NCBI RefSeq assembly: GCF_002105155.1
Contig: NW_019028995.1
Span: 124,001 to 188,000, forward strand
DNA from: Lobosporangium transversale
Taxonomy: Eukaryota
Direction: 5' to 3'
DNA length: 64,000 nt
A model generated the notes under the pieces. It saw only the letters and a list, made by a program, of their open reading frames with translations, had not been told where the DNA came from and did not search any database. Shown piece by piece: positions 24,459-37,112 of this stretch. Positions within the stretch are counted from its first letter, which is position 1; every line of letters begins with the position of its first letter. The position numbers and the translations under genes are program-made.

Positions 24459-25749
24459 AAAACACATTGTAGGCTGTCTAAAACGATACTCCACTCCACT
24501 CCACTCTCCCTTCCTTTCACCTTGGCTACCCCAACATGTAGTCAACTATATTTACTACAAGCAAGAATGAAGGAAATAGCGTCATGGTCCAAGCTTTTTT
24601 GTCATTCTGATGTTATGAATTTGCAGTTCTTAGCTTACCCTATTGTACACGTACTTTGGTTTAATATTCCCCCGTGGGAAGAAAAATAAACTATTTATTG
24701 ACCGCACGATCACGACATCTGAGTTTGGATTTACATGTATAAAAATATAAATATTTTATATACTTTTGATTCATGCACTGTCAGTCTAATCTAGTACCAC
24801 AGAAAGATGAAAGGGCGAAGGCATGTACATGTATATATGGACGAAAAGAAAAGTATGGAATAAAACGGAATCGGTTGCCTTTATTTTTTAACACAATCCA
24901 ACCCACCTTTGTTCTACGGAGCAAACTCATTTCCATTCCATACCATCTGTTTCGTGCTGTAAAACCACAAGATGGTAAAAAAAACAAGGCAAGGCGTAGA
25001 CCAGCCAAACCAGTGGGTACATTTACAGAAAGGACAAGCAAACTATATAGAGAGTAATGCCCTACGCCTCAAACACGTTTCTGTATGCCTTGTTCGTATT
25101 TTTTTTTTTTTTTTTTTTTGTTTTTTTTTTGTATTGAACTGCAGAGGTAGACCTATTGTGTAATTACATCTGATAGAAGAGCCAAAAAAAAAGTCCTGGG
25201 TCCTTGTTTTTCTACATGTATAGTCTCTTTAGAACACCGTTCCCCTGTCCTATTCTTCTTTGATTTTACCTTGGAGTACACAAAAAAAAGCATACATGCA
25301 TGGTTATACACTTCAGTTGGTACATGTACCCTTTTTTTTTTTTTTTTTTTTTTTTTTTACAGATTCCGTGCTTTTAAGGGCGAGGACAAGGGGAGAGAAG
25401 AGAATGGGAATACATTTGTAATTGCATGTCTTACCTTCTGTCGTTTCGTAAGACTGCGCTTGCATTTTTTTTTTTTCAAAACAAGAGATTGGATTTAATG
25501 TTTATAACAAATTAAACAGCCTTTTTTTTTTTTGTGTGTCCGTGGTTGGTGTTGTCCCATTTTGGAAGAAACTGGGGTATAAGCATGCTGCTTGATTCAC
25601 GTGTCAAACTGTCAATTTTCTTTTTGTCGGATGATTCAGGAGCCGGAACGGCTCAATTAACATGGAAAATATCGGAAATTGTGGAAAAAAAAAAAAAAAA
25701 AAGGTTCGTGAATATACTGCATTCAGGTGAAAGACAGCCTCCCCTAATA

Positions 25750-25926
25750 TCGCCCATTTCATTTGGTCGCGATCCCATAATCTTTTATCTAAAAACGATA
25801 ATTGAACTGGTCTTAGCGACGTCTCACTGCCTGACGAACTTGGAGCAAGCGAGTTAATTGGCTGCCAATATATATACTTGAGAGTATTCAAAAATATAAG
25901 GGATCGCGACCAAATGAAACGGACTA
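25750..25926. mobile_element. MITE-like element of about 175 bp with about 27-30 bp terminal inverted repeats, TA-flanked (Tc1/mariner-like)
   Basis: Left arm CCATTTCATTTGGTCGCGATCCCATA from 25754. Right arm TAAGGGATCGCGACCAAATGAAACGG ending at 25922. The inverted core is a perfect 20 bp, with TA dinucleotides outside both ends. Confidence 0.7.
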
Positions 25927-26442
25927 TATATATACTTTAAAATAAGTGTTTTTAAGGGCCCAGCCTGCAGATGAATATAGTCTAACTGAAACTCTGTGTA
26001 GAAAGAAACACGTACCGGACTAGCCAAAATGATTCTATGAATTGGTCAAAGCCTCAATGACTAGACTGAGATGGCAAATAATCAATTAAAATTGTCAGCC
26101 AACCATCAATGATCTTATTAAACAAAGCATGCCATCTTTTTGTATACGGGCAATATCAACTACCATTTGCGTAGTGCCAACGAATAATGAACAATATGCG
26201 TTTAGAGTTATCTACACATTTGTAGGTCGATCAGCTCTATTCTAGTGATCTCTTTAATAGCTTCATATCACAATAAAACAAACAAACATGTATAAAATGA
26301 AGCACCCTTGAATACGACGGTACCCACTTATCCATGAAATAGTTTATTGACGCCAATCTTCTCAATCGTCCTAGGTGCACACACTGATACTTAAAATATT
26401 CATTACACATCAGAGATACTCTTGCCCTCATCCTATACCTCC

Positions 26443-28251
26443 ATGATGCGTCATCTATTGAGCATCTCATTTTCAATCCTCCTTGTTTCAGCTCTGTTCT
26501 TCGAAAGCACGTATCTAGTGCAAGCGATCCCAACCACTGTCACCGCTGGTGCCGGGGTTGGCACTGGTGCTACAATTGATGCTGAACCCGATCTACAGCT
26601 TTTAACCGGAAGGAGTGCATCCTTACCGACAGTCGGAGCCTTCGATATCCCATATCCTTTTGCGTCAGGGCCCACTGATTTCTGCGACGGTACAGCTACT
26701 GCTGCTTCTGCTGAGGTTGGCGTATCCTCGCCCTTTCAGATGGTTGATATTGAAGCCCGACATCCGAATCTAGGCCATCCATCTACTCACTTAACTGAGC
26801 TTCTAGAAAATGAAGAGTCTGGAGCCGGAACTATCTCACCTATCTTAACCACAATCCATTCAAGGTCTACCGTTGGCCCTTTGACTCAGCCCAGGCAGCA
26901 ACAGCAGCCGCAGCAAGAACCCCAGCTATTTCGGCCGCTTCAGCAGCATACTGGTGGCGTTCAATTAGACCAAGACCTATCCACTGGCGAGGACCAGCAG
27001 CAGCGACAACACTCGGTTCCAAACGAGCGCGTCACAGCCGCAGTTACAAAGGATGATGGCGATAACGAAGGTACCACTGGCACCAGTACCAAAGGAGGCC
27101 GTTTCCGTGTCACTTGTTCCGAAGATGGTGCTACCAAAGGGCTTCTGCGATGTAGCGATGGTAAAACCTACTATCCTCTTTTCCCTGTATCTGATCGACA
27201 GATGGATTCTAAGCAAGACTTTGTTTCGCAATCTGGAATGTATCTTCCCTCCCTTGGGACTCCTTATCGACCCCATTCTGGTCCTATCGCAGGTTCGCCT
27301 TCTAGCTCCAGCATTGGCACCAGCCCCAATACAGAAGGGGGAATTGGAAGGGCGTCTCCCAGGCATAAGAAGCGCGCTGCCACTGGGTTCTCTGGATCAG
27401 GCTCTGGAGCCTTTGGCCCGAATTTCAATTTCGCTTCTGCGTTTGGTACGGGCGCTGGAGAAATGCCCTCATCGTCTCCCTGGCTGCCACCTTGGCCACA
27501 GCCACAGCCACAGCCACAGCCACAGCCACAGTCATCATCCTTAGCTTCCGGACTATCTTGGCCACTATCCACTGCTACATTTTTGAGTGGGTTAGGTAGT
27601 GTTGGAGCCGCTAATGGTGCTACAAATACTGGGATTGGTTTTGATTTCGGCTCGCCTTGGCCTTCCGGCTCCTATCATTTGCTATCATCGTCCCCCAGTA
27701 GTTCCAAATTTGAGTTTAATAGTGTATTTGGCCAGGATTTTGATGGTGACTGGAGCAAGTACGGTATTCCAAACCAAGCATCTGAGACTGATTGGCCAAA
27801 AGACTATAATGGCCATGGGCATGGTGAAGATTCGGAGAGCAGACGAAGCAAGTACTTCATCCAACCAGAATGGAAGGCTGATGCGAATGTTGCTGCAGCC
27901 AGCCAAGGCGGTGATTATTCACAGGCTTGTTACCATGATACCATTAAGACAAAGTCTAAGCGTTCATATAACAGTCTTGCTACCTGCAGCTGCGAGAAAT
28001 TAGCCAAACGTGATATTCCAATAGGTGAACTAAAGGCAGCATGGAGACCAGGAGGAATGGATGGTAGCAATAACCCAACACCAGCAACGTTCACTAGACC
28101 TAGTGGACTTTTCCCCCCAGCCTCAAGCAGGAACCCCACTGTGATCCCAATCCCGGTCGACATTCACGCCATTGTCTATCCTGATGGTAGGATGTCCCTG
28201 TTGCCGCCTGGGCGAGGCAACAACGATGCTCCTAATCCGGTAGGCCCCTAG
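26443..28251 (+). CDS. Secreted low-complexity protein (602 aa), single exon, with KR dibasic sites
   Basis: Signal peptide MMRHLLSISFSILLVSALFFESTYLVQA and a long open frame. A (CAGCCA)n repeat encodes PQ. KR sites at about 27370, 27958 and 28006. Confidence 0.8.
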   Translation: MMRHLLSISFSILLVSALFFESTYLVQAIPTTVTAGAGVGTGATIDAEPDLQLLTGRSASLPTVGAFDIPYPFASGPTDFCDGTATAASAEVGVSSPFQMVDIEARHPNLGHPSTHLTELLENEESGAGTISPILTTIHSRSTVGPLTQPRQQQQPQQEPQLFRPLQQHTGGVQLDQDLSTGEDQQQRQHSVPNERVTAAVTKDDGDNEGTTGTSTKGGRFRVTCSEDGATKGLLRCSDGKTYYPLFPVSDRQMDSKQDFVSQSGMYLPSLGTPYRPHSGPIAGSPSSSSIGTSPNTEGGIGRASPRHKKRAATGFSGSGSGAFGPNFNFASAFGTGAGEMPSSSPWLPPWPQPQPQPQPQPQSSSLASGLSWPLSTATFLSGLGSVGAANGATNTGIGFDFGSPWPSGSYHLLSSSPSSSKFEFNSVFGQDFDGDWSKYGIPNQASETDWPKDYNGHGHGEDSESRRSKYFIQPEWKADANVAAASQGGDYSQACYHDTIKTKSKRSYNSLATCSCEKLAKRDIPIGELKAAWRPGGMDGSNNPTPATFTRPSGLFPPASSRNPTVIPIPVDIHAIVYPDGRMSLLPPGRGNNDAPNPVGP

Positions 28252-28553
28252 ACACGATACGTAAATAAATAGTACAAACAACGGGGCTTGCCGATGTTTC
28301 GGGATGAAGTAAAAGAGCAACTCTTTAATGTCCTCACATGGCCATCATCGCTTATGCGCGAGTGTTTTATTACTAATGCTTAAATTGTTACATGTCTAAG
28401 TAAAGGAAAGAAGAAAAATTCACTATGTTTCTAATCATAATGCAAGATTAGCAACTAAAATAAAAAAATGAGGAAATGATGAAATGAAGGAATAGTTGGA
28501 TAGATAAGAAGATGAATAATCGAGTGCTGGTCTTTTTGTTGTTGTTTTGTTTT

Positions 28554-30105
28554 TTATTGCTCCTTGAAGCTCTTCAAGCCAGGTCGTCCTGAGCGGAACA
28601 TGCCATCGACATGGTTGGAGCACAAGAGTGTAGCAATCATAACAAATAACTGGAAAGGAGCCAAAATAAAGCTGAAAGTCCAACAGGTGTGCAACAGGTC
28701 GGCTTCATACACACTGTACTTGTGCTGGCATCCTGGCAAGTTAATCATAGGAAAGCAGCGCATGTCGTATTCGCCATACCAAGTAGGACTCTGATATCCA
28801 CAGCACTTTAACTATTTTTTTTTAACATAGTAGGGACATAAATGTAAGTACAACACCATAACACCATAAAAAAGGAAATAAGACGAGGCCAAATAAGGAC
28901 AGAGCAGAAAAAAAAAAAAAAAAAAAAAAAAGCGGTTGTGCTTACGCTGCGCTGGACCAGCAGACGCTGCTCGCGTGTGTATGCGTTCAACCATTCGTCC
29001 CTCAGACGAGCACGAAGGTGGTTCTTGGCGCGTCTGAATGCTATGTATCCGACCGAGATGTAGAGCGAGAAGACAATCCACAACATGATATTATACAATG
29101 ACAGCAGCCTCCTGTTTTCTCTAAAAATACCCACGAATCCAATCAACGCACTGAGAATGCCAAAACTCGATCCCGCCAATGTGACTAAAAAAAAAAAAAA
29201 AAAAAAAAAAGACATGATATGGTTGAATATTACTAATGCATCCGTATTGCTAAGAAATCAATTGTTCCTTTGAAGTGAAGCAAAAAAAAAAAAAAATTAC
29301 TGTAGACAATGTTTTTATGAAATTCCAGGACAACTGCAGAGTGCTCAAAACCTAATAAAGATCCCAAATAAAACACGTGAAATGGTTAGCAACTAGATCT
29401 ATTTACTGTTCCCGATTACTGTGTACAGCATCCGAAATTAGAAGAAAGAGAAAAAAATGCCTCTAGTTCAAGCAAACGTACGTCCAAGCACATATCCAAG
29501 CGAGAATGTGAATGCAGCTGCAGAGTAACCCAGAAGGAGCACTGCAGAAAAGAAGAGGATCCATTTTGAACGAGTCCAAAGACGATAGAATGGTTGCTCC
29601 TTATATTGCTTTGCCCACCAGGCCTGATATGCCTGCCACCGTTCTGCTAGTCCCTCTAAGGTGGTGTCGTTCTGCGTCAAGTTGTAATTACGATCTGCCA
29701 TGGCTAGATTATGGGCTGATGATCGATGCGAGCTATTCATATCTTGGCGACCATCATATGATGCTGATGATGATGACGTTCCTGCTCCTGTTCCTGTTCC
29801 GTGCTGTCCATGATGTCCGTGCTGTCCGTGTTGGGGCCTCATAGTGGAGGTAAAATGGGATGAAGGCTGATATCCGGAAGAGATTGATAGTTGATTGTGA
29901 TCCTTGTCGTATGGCACGTAAGGCTGTGGCTGTAAATGCATGTACTGAGACGATGGGCGCTGCTGCGGGTTTAGTTGATCTTGATTGATGAAAGAAGAAG
30001 CGGGTTCTTCAAAGGGATTCCTAGTAGGTGGGCTCGCTAGCGGATCTTGATCCACGGCAATTCCGTAGGATTTATTCTGTAGAAAAGGCGATCTGTCCTT
30101 AGAGC
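28554..30105 (-). CDS. Fungal tetraspanin (Tsp2-like), multi-exon; 5' end uncertain
   Basis: Four hydrophobic segments (KWILFFSAVLL..., LAGSSFGILSALIGFVGIF, LLSLYNIMLWIVF..., FSFILAPFQLFVMIATLLCSNHV). The large loop has KCCGY and CFP...PGC. Long polar N-terminal tail. Confidence 0.82.
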
Positions 30106-30314
30106 TGAAAAAATAAAAAAAAAGAGAGAGAAGGCGGGTGAGAAAGAATGAGAAGAAGGTCAAGAAAATAAAGGCGAAGCAGCGGCACAATGATATGGAA
30201 GATAAAAGATGAGAATTATCGGAATAATGTAGTGATGCCGTTGCGTTTTCAAAGTGTAAAGTAAAGAGACAATAGAGAAATAAGAGAAAAAATAAGAAAG
30301 ATGCAAGTGAGGAG

Positions 30315-30348
<34 letters not shown>

Positions 30349-31640
30349 TCAGCCAACTAAGCAATCAGGATTCTGATAATCCACAGTGCAGAATTGGATA
30401 TCGGTCGCCAAGACATCGTGCCAAGCTAAGTTCAGGTGGTGATCATTAAAACCATTAAAGAGGACACACTCCTTCTTTTCTTGTATGTCTCCTGTAAACT
30501 GGCAACTATAGTTTTGGTATTGTCCTCATTCGGATTTGACCTCCATCCCTTCTCGGCCATTACAGGTTAACACTGAAGTCTATTTCTACTTGGTTGCCTC
30601 ATTATTATAGCTACTATTTTTTTTTACTATTGTTGCTAACGTGGATATTGCTGAATTTCCGGCTATAAATACAATCATGGTTGTCAAAACAGGCATATTT
30701 GGCTCCTGAAAGCAATATACTCTGCATGATGCAAATGGATTCATGCTTGTGTGAACCACTCTGCGAGTAACTAGGAGATCCTTTCGCTTTCACTCCCATC
30801 CTCTCGCTCCATCCCTTTGTCTTTCCAATTATCCTGGTCACAACGGGTGCGTTTGCCTCTTTCAATTTTAATTGTTGACTTGGGTGGGAAGCTACGAATT
30901 GCCTATTGTAGCGCTGCCGATAAATAGTTCCCAATTTCAACAAACAAAAGGGGGGGGGAGTTCACGATGTTTTATCATTACCTATTTTGATTATAGCCAT
31001 GATGTTGTTGCTGCATATTTGATCGATAGCTAGATGGCACAGGACTATTACCTCTGCTGTCAACATTGACTGGACTGTATGACATTTTGTTCTGAATATT
31101 CCTTTTTTGTAATAGATGGTGTCGGCGATGACGAAAGTTTATAAGGGTTCCAGAAAATGGTGATAAGCCTTATTGTCCGTTTCAATTAGACGTGAGCTGA
31201 GAGAGTCAACCAGTTGATAGGAGGTTCCTTAGATCCTTACAGCTGAATTGGATGTAAATGTTAGACAGAAGAGTGGTTTTCTCCTTTTCTTGAGGCAGGG
31301 GTGAAAAGAAAAAGGAAAGACACGGAGTAGGGGCGAATAAAGAGAAAAACGATCAAGAATAGTGCTGTGGGATGATATGGCAGAGAGAACGAAGGTTTAT
31401 GCGTTTGTGAAAAGGAGTAGGGAGGTGTGGAAATATGTTTGACGGTAAGAGAGTCGGTTGTGCACTTGAAAGTGTGTACTGATCTAAATTGGTAGGGCAG
31501 AACTAAGCCAAGTGAAGGAGTAAGAAGGTTGAGGGCCGAGGGTCGAGGGTCGAGGGTTTTCTAAGCGAGGATTCCAGGTCAAGAAGAAAGGTTGAGTGAT
31601 TATGAAAGAGAAGGAGAGGAAGAGAAGAGGATATCCATTT

Positions 31641-31689
31641 AAGAACAGCAAGATTAACAATAAGAACAGCAAGATTAACAATAAGAACA
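31641..31689. repeat. 21-bp tandem repeat (AAGAACAGCAAGATTAACAAT) x2.3
   Basis: Visible directly in the sequence. Confidence 0.85.
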
Positions 31690-31917
31690 ACAGAACAATC
31701 GCCCGCATGGCCACATCACCCACAGGGGGAAGATAACTCAGTCGTCCCAATTTGCCGTAAAATGTGTACATGCCCTCATTTAATATGTTCTTTTGGATCT
31801 TTTTTGTTTATTCAGGAACAGCTTTTGTTACATTCTAATTCATGGACAATTTAATAAGAGCGGAAAATAAATTTATTCAATTCATATTCCCCATTGGGCT
31901 ATTCACGGTTGACATAA

Positions 31918-31920
<3 letters not shown>

Positions 31921-31948
<28 letters not shown>
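31921..31948. repeat. (TA)n microsatellite
   Basis: About 14 TA units. Confidence 0.9.
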
Positions 31949-31952
<4 letters not shown>

Positions 31953-34900
31953 CAATTTTCTATTATGTACCTTCTATCTCATGGCCTTTGCCAAATTGAT
32001 TCCATTCTTGCCGATTACTAGGACAGCTATTTTGGATTTGTCTTGTAGTAGGCAACAGTAGGTTGATAGTAACTATGAACTTTTTATATTTATATCTCTT
32101 CGCTCAAGACATACACAGCATATATATATATATATATGAGAGACAGATCGTATCCTAAAAAAAGAAAATCCGCATCTCCTTGAGGTCAAATGAATGGCCT
32201 TGCATCAATTCAGAACTTACATTTTTTTATATTCATATTCTTTAGGGGTTTCCAATGATGGCCCCTGGTTTATTTCAGTTCATGATTTAGATACCTTTTT
32301 CAATGCCCGCAATTTATTGCTTTTTAATATTAGACAAAAAGATGTGAAGACTGATAATGATCATTCAACTGCAGCCATTTTGGTTATGACTATCCAAAGC
32401 ATGACCTTTTAAGTTTTAACGCTCCCCTTTCTTTTTGTCTGCCATGCTCGCGATCATTTGATATGTCCCAAGATGCGGATCAAAGAAGGAAATGGTCCAC
32501 ATGCTCTGTTTGAACATTCGGAGGCCCATCTGCTGGCTTTTCTGCACACCTGACGTTTTAACGCTTGCCATCATGATATGCATGTATACAATCAACGAGG
32601 TGGGAGTTGGGTGATCATTCTTTCATGTCTTAAAAAAAAGAAAAAAAAAAATCTAAAGGCAACATGCAGGGCTCATAAAAAATTACTTTGAGGACAAGTG
32701 TGCGTGCACGAATGCATTTTTGTTCTGCTAATTTTATGATGCAACACGGACTTATCAGTCTTGCACGTTTTTAGGACTTCCATATGGTTCCGTGAACTGA
32801 ACACCAGTTTGTTTTCAACCCAACAAAGATTGTAAAAAACGGCACAAATTGCTCCTTGCTTTTCATAGGACGAAGAATGAGCGAAGGATCCAAACTTATT
32901 ATTCATGGCTACAAATTTTTTAATGAGATTAAAAGTTAGTACCTTTTCGTTTTAAAATTAAAAAAAAGGATACATAGTCTATCTTACATGGCACCCATAC
33001 GCTCGCCCCCACTCCTCCTGTATTTTTGTTATATTTGAGTATTGCGTGCAAGTGTGAGGGTGTATGTGTGGTTTTTATTATCCACGGCTCTTAATCAGTT
33101 CCACATACTTCCACAACTGGCCACAAATAATAGAATGACGATTAAGGGAAAGAGATTGATCCGGACAAGCAAAGGCCTGAGAGCGAGCTAGTGGAAAATG
33201 GGCAGAAGGAGTAATATTAAAAAATAGACCCAAGGAAATTATATATAATCATATTGATACCCTTCTGGCTCTTGAAGGAAAAAATAGCTGCCATGAAGCG
33301 CACAGATATTCCAGGCTCTCATTACTTTCCCTCCTCTCCTCTTCTGCCTTCCTCCTTTCTCCCTCTCCTCATGGCTGCCCTTATTGCCCCTTTCCTAGAA
33401 TATATATATTATGCTTTTACTTCGTTACATTCAGATGTTATCTGGTTTTCCTGCGTGACATGTGGCCTGATCTTGAAAGTAAGGTCACGAGAACCTGTCA
33501 TGAGTTAATGGAATGGACAAAAAGACTCCATGTTGGTGCGTCCAATGATTTGGATATATCGTGACACGCGTGGATTAAGGACAAGCGAATTGCTTATTGG
33601 AACCTTTTCTTTTTCTTTTCAATAAAAGAGTCGGTTTTATATGGGTATAAGAATAGGCATTGATCATCCACTTTTTATTTTATTTCTCTTTTGTTTTTAG
33701 CGGGGAGAGAGGAGTGAGAAGCAGGGGATCGTAGGAGTGTACGGTTGCCATCGATCCATGCAGCTTTCAACAGACAAAAAAAAAAAAAGGGATTTAAAAG
33801 AAGGAAGAGATATGTCTATTTTTATGAGGTTGGAGATCACTACTTCACCTCTTACTGCCATTATCAGACTCAGTTGTAGTAATATGATGGGGGTTCAATA
33901 GCAGCGAGTGAATGAGCAATGTATTTTGACCTTTGGACTAGCGATAAAGATATACTCTATGCAGATGCGGATGAGGGAACTAAAAAAGTTTGTGAGCTCA
34001 GCGGAGACACTCAATTGTCCAAAAAAAAAAAAAGAAAAAGGAATGGTCTTTACTTGTCTCATCCCAACCTTCCTAGATCGCTTTTTGTAGCTTTATGTCC
34101 ACACATGTCTCTTCAAACAATTGGCCTTCCTTCTTCATCCTACTTTGCTATATATCTCTCTTTCTCTTTCTCTTTCTTATTCTTTATAAATTTTCATTCC
34201 CTGGTGCATCGTTGAGAGTCTATCTCTTTTTATCCATCGTTTTTTTTTTTTTTGTTTTCGAACACGCCAAATCATCAAAAGTGTCCTTCCATAGTGTATT
34301 CTCAGTCAACCTTCATTATGTTTATTTACCATTGACACTTTCCACCCAAAAGTCGTTTTTATTTGTTTCAGTTGCTTAAACAAAAAGCGCGTTTTTTATT
34401 TTTAATTCTATTCTATTGTTATATATTTATTACTCAATACATTTTTGTTCAATTATAATTTTAAATTAATTCTCAGGTATATATTTATATATTTTTTAGG
34501 CACACCTCCGTCTTTCTCATCCTTTCCCCCCACTCCATCCTTTTTTGTCCTTCACTACACTGCTCTTATCTATCTTTCTTTCTTCCTTTCTTTCTTCCTT
34601 TTCTCTCTCTCTTTTCTCCTTTCTTTTGCCTACACTCTCAATTCTCCACCATCCTCTTCTTTTTACTCCTTCACTCTCCGTCCCTCACTCTCATCCACAT
34701 TCCCTCATACGTTCCTTCTCTTTGATATCACTATCTGTCTCGCTGAATAGAGTCCAATCACTTGCTCATCCAGGCACAATATCCATTTCTGTCCATCCAT
34801 TCCCTCACCTGCTCGAAATAATTTAGGCATCGGACAACAACAAAAGCAACCAAATACTATAACTCGTCCCATTTTGTCCTCCTGTATTCTCTAATTAGTA

Positions 34901-35004
34901 AATAGAAAGACAGCTCTTCCTAATTTATTTTTTCGTCACCCTACACACCAAAAAAAAAAAAAAAAAAAAAAAAGAGAGAAAGAAAGAAAGAAAAGAAAAG
35001 AAAA

Positions 35005-36780
35005 ATGTTGTATTTGACCAAAGACCTATTCCCGGTCTTTATACCGCTGGGTGTAGTTGGATTCTATCGCTATCTCTGGTTCATAATCAAGCTATTGGCT
35101 TGGTTCTTTTATCGACCCATGATGCCCAAACAAAATCCAACTTACAGACCCGAATACGACGTAACCATCATTGTCCCCACGATCGATGCAGGAGAAGAGT
35201 TCAAGGAAGCAGCACATTCATGGTTGGCCAATAACCCCAAGGAGATCATCATCATTACTGAAACTAAAATGAAGGACGCACTTCAGGAGCTAGCCAATTC
35301 CGTCGATCCTACCAGGATCAGGGTTCTGACGGTCCCCAAGGCCAATAAACGATTGCAAATGGTAGAAGGAATCAGGAATACGACCAGTGAGATCATCGTC
35401 TTTGCAGATGACGATGCTATCTGGGGACCTCAATGTTTAGAATATATCCTGGCTTGTTTCGAGGATCCCAACATGGGAGGTGTGGGTACATCTCAGATTG
35501 TAAAATCTGTGGGACGATATCAGACCGTCTGGGAAGTCTTGGCTGGGTTCCGTCTCACAATCCGTAATATTGAAATTGCAGCTTCGACTCATATCGACGG
35601 CGGTGTTTGTTGTCTGTCTGGTCGTACAGCGGCATATAGGACATGTATCCTCCAGGATCCTCAATTTCAATATGAATTCACACACGATTTCTGGTTAGGC
35701 AAGTATCCTCTTAACTCGGGCGATGACAAGTTCTTAACCCGTTGGATGGTCTATCATGGCTGGAACACTTATATTCAAGTTTGTAAGGAAGCCGAATTGT
35801 TATCAACCTTCAAGAACAACTGGAGATTTGTGAAGCAAGTGCTGAGATGGACCCGAAATACTTGGCGTTCTGATTTCCGATCTATGTTCATGGAGCGACG
35901 CATTTGGAGCCGACACCCCTATGTGGCCTTCACAATGATCGACAAGGTTTTCAACCCCATCACTCTACTCTCAGGCCCTATCTCTGTCATTGTGATGGCC
36001 TGCCAGGGCAAGTTTCATTTGCCGATCTGGGATATTGCCATCTCGTATATTGTCTGGCTGATGATGACTCGCATTATCAAGCTGTTGCCTCACTTATTCA
36101 AGCGGCCTCAAGATATCATCTGGGTCCCAGCCTTCTTGCTTTTTGGTTATTATTTCGCTATCATGAAGATCTATGCCCTCTTTACTTTGCATGAGGTCGG
36201 ATGGGGAACTCGTGCCGGTATTGATCAAACGCCTGCTGAGATCGCGCAAGAGAAGGAGAAACAACAGCAAGCAATGGATCAGCAACAGGAGAAGGGCATC
36301 TACGATGCAGAGCAGGCTGCTCTTAACGCTGCGGCCGCAGCTGCAGCTGCGACTGCCTACGAAGAGCAACATAGTACCCCTTCAAGGCCATTCGCAGGCG
36401 AGATCCCAAGGCCTGAATCGCCTGGAAGCGCTGAGCTCATCCGTCATTTCAGCCAAGCACAACAGCGTCAAGCGCGGCAAGTACAAGCAAGTCGTAACCC
36501 CCGTGATGAAGCCGATCCAGATGTGTACGAGTACAATCAAGACGATGAGCTGGCTCAATACTTTGCACAATCCGACGCGGGCTTGGGTGTTAATGACGGC
36601 AGCAGCAGCAACCATGGATATGGCCAGTACTACGACAACTTTGAACACATCGATCAATATGGCCGTGGAGGAACTATTGGTCACGGAAGAAACAACTACT
36701 ACAATAACAACACCAGCAGTAGTACCAATGTTGATACCTCAGCTGCTCAGAGTCCATCAGTACGGCCTGGATATTTGTAA
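35005..36780 (+). CDS. Processive GT2 polysaccharide synthase, Cps1/hyaluronan-synthase-like; intronless, 591 aa
   Basis: N-terminal TM, IIVPTID, FADDDAIW (DxD), CLSGRTAAYR, GDDKFLT, QVLRWTRN (QxxRW), three C-terminal TMs, and a WGTR motif. Confidence 0.9.
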   Translation: MLYLTKDLFPVFIPLGVVGFYRYLWFIIKLLAWFFYRPMMPKQNPTYRPEYDVTIIVPTIDAGEEFKEAAHSWLANNPKEIIIITETKMKDALQELANSVDPTRIRVLTVPKANKRLQMVEGIRNTTSEIIVFADDDAIWGPQCLEYILACFEDPNMGGVGTSQIVKSVGRYQTVWEVLAGFRLTIRNIEIAASTHIDGGVCCLSGRTAAYRTCILQDPQFQYEFTHDFWLGKYPLNSGDDKFLTRWMVYHGWNTYIQVCKEAELLSTFKNNWRFVKQVLRWTRNTWRSDFRSMFMERRIWSRHPYVAFTMIDKVFNPITLLSGPISVIVMACQGKFHLPIWDIAISYIVWLMMTRIIKLLPHLFKRPQDIIWVPAFLLFGYYFAIMKIYALFTLHEVGWGTRAGIDQTPAEIAQEKEKQQQAMDQQQEKGIYDAEQAALNAAAAAAAATAYEEQHSTPSRPFAGEIPRPESPGSAELIRHFSQAQQRQARQVQASRNPRDEADPDVYEYNQDDELAQYFAQSDAGLGVNDGSSSNHGYGQYYDNFEHIDQYGRGGTIGHGRNNYYNNNTSSSTNVDTSAAQSPSVRPGYL

Positions 36781-36888
36781 TTCTAAAACGTTTTTCTCTG
36801 GCCGTATTTTTTTATTATTCTCATAACTATCTGCATCATAATTTTCCCCTAATTTCATCTCCGAGCCCACTACCGCTATTCAACAACC

Positions 36889-36920
<32 letters not shown>

Positions 36921-37112
36921 TTTTGCAAGCCTGCATCAATACCCCATAAAAATCAGCTTACCAGAACAACTAGATTGCAATATTCATTAAAGGCATACTC
37001 ATACAAATGATGCATAAAAAAAATTCTGGTAATGACTATGCTGAAAGATGCGCGTTTATATATTTTACGAAATTGCTTGAAATAGAGAATAGATGAAAGA
37101 TTCTATGTTTTG

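Noticed and set aside
33900..34830. Several Phe/Leu/Ser-rich ORFs (also at 44735-45591 and 54355-54732)
   Set aside because: Translations of pyrimidine-rich promoter or UTR tracts and homopolymers, not real proteins.
36173..36826. 217-aa overlapping alternate-frame ORF in the GT2 3' region
   Set aside because: Low-complexity shadow frame with no recognisable motif.
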